Origin: Candidatus Giovannonibacteria bacterium
GTDB lineage: Bacteria; Patescibacteriota; Minisyncoccia; JACPKW01; UBA11713
Direction of reading: 5' to 3'
NCBI GenBank assembly: GCA_016176285.1
Contig: JACOXM010000004.1
Location: 1 to 55,105 of the forward strand
DNA length: 55,105 nucleotides
The first letter of the stretch is position 1, and each line of letters starts with the position of its first letter. Positions 48,050 through 55,105 of this stretch are shown piece by piece. A model generated the notes under the pieces. The model saw nothing but the letters and a program-made list of their open reading frames with translations. It was not told the DNA's origin and did no database searches. The translations under genes and the position numbers were made by a program.

Positions 48050-48601
48050 TCACTCTAAAATCTCTTTTTCTTTTCTGGTGGCAAGTTCCTCGAGCTTCTC
48101 GACTCCTTTTTTTACTTTTTCCTCCATTTGATCTTTTAGGCGAAACTTTTCATTTTCAGAAATGGTTTTATTTTTCTCTTTCTCTTGAATATCTTTCCAA
48201 ACTTCGTCGCGGCCTTTGCGTAACGATATTTTAGCTTCTTCGAGCTTCTCTTTAACCACTTTTTGCAAAGACTTTCTTCTTTCTTCGGTAAGCGGCGGAA
48301 CTGATATCCTTATAAAATCCTTAGTCACAATAGGCTGGCTTCCCAAATTCGAACTCTCGAGAGCCTTTGCTAATTTTTCCATCAACGCCTTATCCCAAGG
48401 TTGGACCAAGAGCGTTCTCGCATCTTCAGTTATTATAGACGCGACATTTTTAAGAGAGTTCGAAGAACCATATGCCTCGACTCTTATATTTTCAAGAATA
48501 GCGGGAGTCGCCCTACCTGTTCGAAGTGATGCAATTTCCTCCTCGAAATGCTTAGCAATTCCTGAAATTTTTTCTTCTAATTTTTTAAAATCGTATGCCA
48601 T
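48050..48601 (-). CDS. frr: Ribosome recycling factor
   Basis: LRTGRATP, QPWD, PPLTEERR; true start ATG 48601. Confidence 0.95.
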   Translation of the reverse strand: MAYDFKKLEEKISGIAKHFEEEIASLRTGRATPAILENIRVEAYGSSNSLKNVASIITEDARTLLVQPWDKALMEKLAKALESSNLGSQPIVTKDFIRISVPPLTEERRKSLQKVVKEKLEEAKISLRKGRDEVWKDIQEKEKNKTISENEKFRLKDQMEEKVKKGVEKLEELATRKEKEILE

Positions 48602-48602
48602 A

Positions 48603-49637
48603 TTATATATTTCTAATTCCCATAAATATTTCTTTTGAATTCGACGGATTAACAAGCATAACCGAAATAATCCCCCCGGCCGATGCCTGGACATTCTTCC
48701 AAGTCTCGCCGCCATCCCTTGAGATATAAATTTGGTTCTGCGCCGCCACATACAACTGCGAAGGGTCGGACTCGTCAATCGCGAGAGAAGTTACGGGCAA
48801 AGTTTCCTTGGGCGCAATGAGTTTAAGCTGCTCCCAGCTTTCTCCCCCGTCTACGGATCTCAATAATCCGTGTTTTGAGGTGTGATATAGAAGCTGTGTT
48901 TTTGGATCAAGAAAAATTAAAGAGCTGGTTTGCGACCCGGGGAAATCTCTCAAAGATTGGGTCAAATCCTTCCATGTTTCCCCTCCATCTTCGCTTGAAT
49001 ACAAAGAGCCTTGCGGATCAAGGACCCATACCTGATTATCGTGCACGGGGTTAAAAGTCATTGAGGTAAGGCCCTTTTGAAATCTTGATTTCACGCGCCA
49101 AGTCTCCCCGTTATTTTGTGATTCGTAAAAACCGCCATCCGATCCAATTATTCGCAAATGTCCCTGCCGAGTTTTATAACCTTTCAGAAAAGCAAAAAGT
49201 TCGAGCGGAGTAAACATCAACTCCGTCCGGTTTCCATCCCTATATCTAATAACCCTTCCTCGATTATTGAAAAGCACCAATGAAACAAACTCCCCGCCGG
49301 TAGCCGGGGTTACAAGATCGAAAATTTGCGAGGCTTCCCCAACCCCTCCCGGATACTGCGAAAATTCATCGCCGGAGACATTTCCCCTCCACATTCCCCT
49401 CCGGCGGGTTCCTATCAAAAGATTTTTCCGATCACCTGAATCAAAATTAATGTTTAAAATCTCTCCCCCCTGAAATTTATCAATCGGTTTCCACGTTAAA
49501 CCTCCATCATCACTCTTAAACAAAGTAGCCGCGCCAACTTTTGTCTCTCCTCCTCCCGGCTTTAAAAAAACGGGAACAATTGCCAAAATTACAATTATAG
49601 CGATAACTATTGCTCCTATGACGCCCGCGACTTTCAT
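48603..49637 (-). CDS. Membrane-anchored BNR/Asp-box beta-propeller (YCF48/sortilin-like)
   Basis: Five SxDGGxxW-type repeats (KSDDGGLTW, ESQNNGETW, SSEDGGETW, RSVDGGESW, ISRDGGETW). Confidence 0.85.
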   Translation of the reverse strand: MKVAGVIGAIVIAIIVILAIVPVFLKPGGGETKVGAATLFKSDDGGLTWKPIDKFQGGEILNINFDSGDRKNLLIGTRRRGMWRGNVSGDEFSQYPGGVGEASQIFDLVTPATGGEFVSLVLFNNRGRVIRYRDGNRTELMFTPLELFAFLKGYKTRQGHLRIIGSDGGFYESQNNGETWRVKSRFQKGLTSMTFNPVHDNQVWVLDPQGSLYSSEDGGETWKDLTQSLRDFPGSQTSSLIFLDPKTQLLYHTSKHGLLRSVDGGESWEQLKLIAPKETLPVTSLAIDESDPSQLYVAAQNQIYISRDGGETWKNVQASAGGIISVMLVNPSNSKEIFMGIRNI

Positions 49638-50293
49638 GCTTCAAAATAACACTTAGCCATGAATAAGTGCTCGAAAATCATTTTTAAAGAGTAGGTTTTT
49701 TCATAAAATCTTTTTTTTGACGCCATCAATTCTTCCAAAAATTCGGCGGATAGTTTCGCGTTATTCCCGGAGCGGATTTTATTGTCCGCCCAAATTTCAA
49801 TTTCCCTGAAAAGTTTTTCCGCATCATCCCTGGTTTGGGGAATTGAATCTTTTGAAAATACCAATTTCGAGCCAGCCTCCGGAGCCGCGTTCGTTCTGTT
49901 AAAAATAGTCAGTCTTGATAGAAGCGGCGCGGAAAGTGAAAATTCCGGAACGCCCGAAAGTATAAAATAAGTATCCGAATAAGGTTCCTCTATAGTTTTT
50001 AAGAGCGTTGACTGGGCATCTTCCGCTATATAACCGCTTTTTACAAGAAATATTTTCGGCCCTGATAGGCTTTTCTGATTAGCGACCCTGTGAATTTCCC
50101 TCGCATCCTCGATCTTCAAGAAATCATTTTCGTATTTTCTTAGATCGAGTGAATTTTCTGCGTGCCCGCGAAGAATATGGCGGATTAAGAGATTTTCCAG
50201 GTCATATGTCTCTCCGGCTAATAAAAAAGCCTGGGAATTCGCGCTTGAAAAAAAATTTTTAAAAAATTTATTTATGTCTCCGCTAATTATCAT
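49634..50293 (-). CDS. holB: DNA polymerase III delta-prime-like subunit (degenerate)
   Basis: KIEDAR, AQSTLLKTIEEP, FIL, LLSR; no Walker A or Zn module. Confidence 0.7.
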   Translation of the reverse strand: MIISGDINKFFKNFFSSANSQAFLLAGETYDLENLLIRHILRGHAENSLDLRKYENDFLKIEDAREIHRVANQKSLSGPKIFLVKSGYIAEDAQSTLLKTIEEPYSDTYFILSGVPEFSLSAPLLSRLTIFNRTNAAPEAGSKLVFSKDSIPQTRDDAEKLFREIEIWADNKIRSGNNAKLSAEFLEELMASKKRFYEKTYSLKMIFEHLFMAKCYFEA

Positions 50294-51303
50294 CTTTTCG
50301 CGATGACGCTTTTTTTATAAACTTCCAAATGCTCGAGAGCGATTCCCGTTCCCTTAGCTACGCACAAGAGGGGCTCATCGGCAATTTTAGCTTTAACGCC
50401 AGTTGATCTATAAACAAGCTGATCCAGGTTTCTTAAAAGCGAGGATCCCCCCGTCAAAACTATTCCCTGATCAATAATGTCCGAGGCAAGCTCCGGAGGC
50501 GTCTCCTGTAAAACGCTCTTTATAGTTTTCATTATTTCCTTAAGCTCCCCGTCAATAGCTTTCACGATCTCATTTGTTCCGATTTTTGCCGCCCTCGGTA
50601 AACCCGTTAAAAAGTCCCGCCCTTTTATTTCGTAAACTTCTTCCTTTTCAACGGCTATCGCGGAACCGATCGCAATTTTTATTTCTTCTGCCGTTCTTTC
50701 ACCAACAGCAAGGTTAAAAGTTTTTTTAATATAACTTGCAATTGCCTGGTCAATTTTATTCCCAGCTACTTTAAATGAAGAAGACGCGACAATTCCTCCG
50801 AGAGAAATTACCGCGGCGTCGGTTGTGCCGCCGCCAATATCCACCACCATATGCCCAGTTGCTTCATATATAGGTATCCCCGCGCCAATTGCCGCCAATA
50901 TGGGCTCCTTCATTACATAAGCGGCCCTCGCACCCGCTTTCATTGAAGCTTCCACCACTGAACGCCTTTCGGTCGAAGTGACACCGGCCGGAACCGAAAC
51001 CATAACCTCCGGCTTGAAAAGATTCCACCGCCCAAGCGCTTTATTAAGAAAATATCTTATCATCGCTTCGGTCACGCGATAATCCGCAATCACGCCGTCT
51101 TTCATCGGCCTGTATACCATTATATTATCGGGAGTTTTTCCTACCATCGCCTTGGCTCCATCCCCCACCGCCAGGATTCTGTTATCCGGAACGGAAACGG
51201 CTACCACCGAGGGCTCATTCAAAACAACGCCTTCGTTCGGCACAAAAACAAGCATATTTGCGGTTCCCAAGTCTATTCCAAGTTTTTTGATAAAAAATGC
51301 CAT
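50290..51303 (-). CDS. mreB: Second MreB/Mbl paralog
   Basis: LGIDLGTAN, EPILAAIG, DIGGGTT, TPPELASDI. Confidence 0.95.
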   Translation of the reverse strand: MAFFIKKLGIDLGTANMLVFVPNEGVVLNEPSVVAVSVPDNRILAVGDGAKAMVGKTPDNIMVYRPMKDGVIADYRVTEAMIRYFLNKALGRWNLFKPEVMVSVPAGVTSTERRSVVEASMKAGARAAYVMKEPILAAIGAGIPIYEATGHMVVDIGGGTTDAAVISLGGIVASSSFKVAGNKIDQAIASYIKKTFNLAVGERTAEEIKIAIGSAIAVEKEEVYEIKGRDFLTGLPRAAKIGTNEIVKAIDGELKEIMKTIKSVLQETPPELASDIIDQGIVLTGGSSLLRNLDQLVYRSTGVKAKIADEPLLCVAKGTGIALEHLEVYKKSVIAKR

Positions 51304-51305
51304 GG

Positions 51306-52568
51306 CTATATCCTTTTTATATCGGCGCCTAGATTTTGCAAGCGCTCCTCAATTTTCTCATAACCCCTGTCTATTTGATATACATTTTTTATTGTGGATT
51401 CCCCCTTCGCAATTAATGCCGCGATTACGAACGCCAAACCCGCGCGAAGGTCCGGGCTTTCAATCTCACGCCCATGAAGTGGCGAAGGGCCATGAACTAA
51501 TACCCTATGCGGGTCAAGCGTAGTGATTTTCGCCCCCATGCGGCTTAATTCATCCGCGTAATTCAGTCTGCCGTCAAATACCGTTTCAAAAATCATACTC
51601 TCTCCTTTCGCTTGCGTCATTAAAACCGTAAAAGGAGCCTGAACATCCGTTACAAATCCGGGATATTCTCTGGTCTTTATGTCACAACTGGTAAGAATTT
51701 TCGGCTTCGAAATAGAAACACTATTTTTTTCGATTTTTACTTCCGCTCCCGCATGTTCCAAGCTCGAAATTACGGCCGTAAGATGAGCCGGCTCGCAGTT
51801 TTTCACTTTAATTTTTTTTCCAAGCGCCGCTCCTAAAATTAAAAAATCCCCCGCCTCAATCCTGTCAGGAATTATTTCAAAAGATCCCTTTGCCCGCAAA
51901 AGTTTTCCTCCCGTGCCATCTATTTCAATTATGGGCGTCCCCGCTCCTTTTATTTTGGCCCCAGACCTGTTTAAAAATTCGGCTAAGCTCGGAATTTCCG
52001 GTTCCATGGCAGCATTTCTTAAAATTGTCTTTCCGTGTGCCAGCACGGCCGTCATCATCAAAGTTTCCGTAGCGGTAACACTAATGTTCCTGAATGTAAT
52101 TTCCGCTCCATGGAGTAGCTTGGTGCTTACCTCATACCCATCTTTGCTTTCACTAATCGCGGCCCCCATCTTTTTCCATCCCTCTAAAAAAATATCTATG
52201 GGGCGTTTTCCGATTACACACCCTCCGGGATGGGGAAAAAATACTTTTTTAGTTCTTGCAAGAAGAGGTCCCGCAAGCACAATCGAGCCCCTAAACCTTT
52301 CCGCTATGCCCTTTTTTAAATCTTTTCCTTCGACACCGCGCGAATCTATTTTAAAACGACTATTCGAAATCTTGGTGACATCCGAACCTATGCCTTCAAG
52401 CAAGTCCATCATACGGAAAACATCTTCGATTGATGGAATATTCTTCACTTCAATCGGAGTCGAGAACAGCAAAGAAGCCGGCATTATTTTGAGCGCAGAA
52501 TTTTTTGCGCCCATGACTTCTATCTCCCCTTCGAGTTTTTTTCCTCCCCTTACCGTAAATTCCGCCAT
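51306..52568 (-). CDS. murA: UDP-GlcNAc 1-carboxyvinyltransferase
   Basis: GAKNS, PGGCVIGKRP (active-site Cys retained), PDRIEAG, DLRAG, IDRGYE. Confidence 0.97.
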   Translation of the reverse strand: MAEFTVRGGKKLEGEIEVMGAKNSALKIMPASLLFSTPIEVKNIPSIEDVFRMMDLLEGIGSDVTKISNSRFKIDSRGVEGKDLKKGIAERFRGSIVLAGPLLARTKKVFFPHPGGCVIGKRPIDIFLEGWKKMGAAISESKDGYEVSTKLLHGAEITFRNISVTATETLMMTAVLAHGKTILRNAAMEPEIPSLAEFLNRSGAKIKGAGTPIIEIDGTGGKLLRAKGSFEIIPDRIEAGDFLILGAALGKKIKVKNCEPAHLTAVISSLEHAGAEVKIEKNSVSISKPKILTSCDIKTREYPGFVTDVQAPFTVLMTQAKGESMIFETVFDGRLNYADELSRMGAKITTLDPHRVLVHGPSPLHGREIESPDLRAGLAFVIAALIAKGESTIKNVYQIDRGYEKIEERLQNLGADIKRI

Positions 52569-52616
52569 TTATTTACTTTAATTCACTTCCTGCGGAATTT
52601 CAATTAATATTTATAA

Positions 52617-53660
52617 ATGCTAACGCAATTCAAAAGAAAGGTGATTCTCTGGATCTCGATCGCTGCTTTTATTGTGCTTATGCCGGTAGTAATGCTATAC
52701 GCGCTCGGATACAGGCTCGACGATACCTGGCAACTGCGCAAAACAGGGGGGATAAACATAACTTCCGATATAACTGGGTCAGAAATATTCCTTAATGGAC
52801 AACTAAAAAAAACTACGAATCTTCTACAAAAAGATGTATTTATTGATAATTTAGCCCCCGGCAAATACGAAATTCAGGTTTTAGCAAATGGATATTTGCC
52901 CTGGGTAAAAAAACTGGAAGTTTTCTCCCAATTAGTTACGGAGGTAAGACCGCTTTTGATTCCTAGCGACTCAAATCTGGAAATTATCCTACGCGGACAA
53001 TTTTCCGAACTTAGGGCTTCTCCTTACGATTCACTAGTTTATTTAAGCGAAGAAAAAGACAACGAAAAGATCCTGCGCTGGTTTTTACCAAAAACCAGGG
53101 AATTTTTATCTGATACGGGCCCTCTTTTGAAATATAAAAAAAGCTTTGAATTGGTAAGATGGCTTCCGGGGGGCGCAGTCTTTAATATAGATGGGAAGGT
53201 CAGGCGCGTTCTATTTAATCTGGGGAAAAGAACCGTCAGCGCCGTACCCATTGGCGACGAATCCCCTCTGAAAAACGGGGAAGAGCTCGCCCAAGTTTTT
53301 GAAAAGAACGACCCTCGCGACGCCGTGCAATTGAAATATTCTCCGTCAGACAAAAATATGGAAGCAACCTGGATCGCCGAAACCATTCGGCCGCACTATT
53401 TTTCGAGCACCACGGAAACTCTTATTCTAAATAAAACTTTTAGAAATTTTGATTTTTTTCCAGAAAGGCGCGACGCCGTCATCGCGGCATATGATAATGG
53501 AGTATGGGCGATTGAAATTGATTCGCGCGGCGGAAGGCTCATTATTCCAATATATAAAGGGAAAAATCCCGATTTTATTCTACTTCCGGACAGCAGAAAT
53601 ATTTATATTCTAGACGACAGAATACTAATTGAAGTTTCTCCCTTCGCCAAAAATAGATAA
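52617..53660 (+). CDS. PEGA-domain membrane protein
   Basis: TM, YALGYRL, TGGINITS, LAPGKYEIQV..GY.PW. Confidence 0.8.
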   Translation: MLTQFKRKVILWISIAAFIVLMPVVMLYALGYRLDDTWQLRKTGGINITSDITGSEIFLNGQLKKTTNLLQKDVFIDNLAPGKYEIQVLANGYLPWVKKLEVFSQLVTEVRPLLIPSDSNLEIILRGQFSELRASPYDSLVYLSEEKDNEKILRWFLPKTREFLSDTGPLLKYKKSFELVRWLPGGAVFNIDGKVRRVLFNLGKRTVSAVPIGDESPLKNGEELAQVFEKNDPRDAVQLKYSPSDKNMEATWIAETIRPHYFSSTTETLILNKTFRNFDFFPERRDAVIAAYDNGVWAIEIDSRGGRLIIPIYKGKNPDFILLPDSRNIYILDDRILIEVSPFAKNR

Positions 53661-54869
53661 TGAAAGAGATTTAGCCTTCTGCCAAATATCCCCGGCTCCC
53701 ATAAATATCAAAATAGTTTTTGTTTTATAATTTTCAGCATTGAATTCCCGAAAATGAGCCGCTCGCGCATGTTGTTTTTTTGCCTCGCCTATCAAATCTT
53801 CAATACTCACCGTTCTGTCTTTCTCGCGCGCGGAAGCATAAATATCAGCGAAATACACTTCGTCCGCATCTTGAAATGCTTTTGCAAACTCTTTCAAAAA
53901 TGTCTTTGTCCTTGTAAAAGTATGAGGCTGGAATATAGCAATTATTTTATGGCTGGGATATTTTTCGGAAATTGCGGCGAGCGTCGCCTGAATTTCAACA
54001 GGGTGATGGGCATAATCATACATTATTATAAGGTCGCCCTCTTCAGGAGAATAATAATCAAGCCTTCGCCCAACCCCTTTAAAATTATTAATGCCGGAAA
54101 TAATAATTTCTTCCTTGAGTCCCAACAACCTTGAAAGCCTGATAGCCAAAAGAGCGTTTTTCCTGTAATGCATGCCTGGGAATATAAAATGCGCCTTCGA
54201 AAATAATTGTTCATCCCCCTCTTTCGGTTCCGTAACAACGAGCGCTTGGGGATTCGCGCGAATCCAATCCGTAAAGGCTTTTTGATAACTTGCAGGATCT
54301 TTAAAATAATCCGGGTGATCGTAATCGAGCGAAGGGATAATAATTCCAACAGGCGTAAAATATTTAAATTTCTCCTGATACTCGTCGCCTTCCACAATAA
54401 AATATTTTCCCTTGCCGGAGCGCACAGAACTTCCCCACGCTTTTACGATATCACCGGTAAGCACACAGGGATCAAGTCCTGCGGTTTCGAAAATCTGGCC
54501 CAATATTGCGGTTGTCGTTGTCTTTCCATGCGTTCCCGTAATGACTATAGTCTCCTTCCCCTTTGCGTATTCACCGACCGCCTCCGCGTAACTTAGTTCT
54601 AAAATATTTAATGCTCGCGCGCGTTCCATTTCCAAATTATCTTTCCACGCAGCCGAATAAATAACTAAATCCAAGTCTTCTGCAATATTCTCAGAAGAAA
54701 ACGGCAATATATTAATTCCGTTTTCCTTTAAAACTTTCTCCGTCGGGAATTCTTCTTCGGTATCCGAACCCGTAATAATCGCTCCTTCGCTTTTCAACAA
54801 AACCGCGAGCCCGGACAACCCAACCCCTTTAATCCCCACGCAATGAATTTTTTTATTTTTCCAATCCAT
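53625..54869 (-). CDS. murC: UDP-MurNAc--L-alanine ligase
   Basis: GIKGVGLSGLA, GTHGKTTT, EGDE, DHPD, DYAHHP, FQPH, MGAGD. Confidence 0.95.
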   Translation of the reverse strand: MDWKNKKIHCVGIKGVGLSGLAVLLKSEGAIITGSDTEEEFPTEKVLKENGINILPFSSENIAEDLDLVIYSAAWKDNLEMERARALNILELSYAEAVGEYAKGKETIVITGTHGKTTTTAILGQIFETAGLDPCVLTGDIVKAWGSSVRSGKGKYFIVEGDEYQEKFKYFTPVGIIIPSLDYDHPDYFKDPASYQKAFTDWIRANPQALVVTEPKEGDEQLFSKAHFIFPGMHYRKNALLAIRLSRLLGLKEEIIISGINNFKGVGRRLDYYSPEEGDLIIMYDYAHHPVEIQATLAAISEKYPSHKIIAIFQPHTFTRTKTFLKEFAKAFQDADEVYFADIYASAREKDRTVSIEDLIGEAKKQHARAAHFREFNAENYKTKTILIFMGAGDIWQKAKSLSLSIFGEGRNFN

Positions 54870-54870
54870 A

Positions 54871-55104
54871 CTAAACCACCTCCTTTAAATAGCACTCCTC
54901 ACAATAAACAATCTCGGATCGTTCAGGCGCGTATGAAGTCTCAAACTCGTTAGTACATCTTCCTTCATGATTATGACTTGCAGTATTCTGGTAGATTTTA
55001 TAATCACACATGCATTGTCTATGCCATAGTTTTAAAGGATTCCTCTGCTTGATTCTCTGGTAATGTCTGCAGTTGGGACAGAGTCTTGGTAAGGGGATGT
55101 TTTG
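54871..55104 (-). CDS. 3-prime end of a Cys-rich zinc-ribbon protein (partial; not in the ORF track)
   Basis: Manual translation QNIPLPRLCPNCRHYQRIKQRNPLKLWHRQCMC..RCTNEFETSYAPERSEIVYCEECYLKEVV*; TAG at 54871-54873. Confidence 0.8.
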   Translation of the reverse strand, partial: QNIPLPRLCPNCRHYQRIKQRNPLKLWHRQCMCDYKIYQNTASHNHEGRCTNEFETSYAPERSEIVYCEECYLKEVV

Positions 55105-55105
55105 T

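Noticed and set aside
48602-48778. N-terminal extension of frr in the ORF track
   Set aside because: Overlaps the upstream propeller gene; RRF similarity begins at ATG 48601
1-55105. CRISPR array, rRNA, prophage, IS, retron/DGR, inteins, or genetic code 25
   Set aside because: No repeat-spacer array, reverse transcriptase, integrase, transposase or intein motifs were seen; TGA terminates intact genes such as ddl, dnaX and dnaB

Overview
A gene-dense chromosomal segment using genetic code 11 (TGA = stop). Gene content, heavy gene overlap and near-leaderless housekeeping genes point to a Patescibacteria/CPR genome, most likely Parcubacteria (inference). Most of the window is core machinery: cell wall and division (ddl, ftsQ, murF-ftsI-ftsL-rsmH-mraZ, mreB-mreC-mreD-mrdA, a second mreB, murA, murC), replication and repair (dnaX, dnaB, recR, rmuC, holB-like), translation (serS, cysS, lysS, proS, frr, typA, rpmA, rplI, rplU, greA) and three tRNAs (Ala-TGC, Gln-TTG, Glu-CTC). 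The best candidate for a new system is at 993-4291: an RnfD/NqrB-like::FNR fusion, a frameshifted apbE, a Met-rich FMN-binding protein with a variant flavinylation motif and a divergent Cys-less cupredoxin with an ECF-type promoter, together suggesting a flavin-to-copper extracytosolic electron wire. Other points of interest: an ECF sigma locus with a divergent structured non-coding unit, a 28-bp 11-6-11 dif-like site near the switch in gene orientation, ORFan cassettes with Shine-Dalgarno sites and their own terminators (including a triple winged-helix protein), and a possible ancient inversion splitting rplU-rpmA. No CRISPR array, rRNA, integrase or transposase was seen. All calls come from reading motifs by eye; no database search was run.
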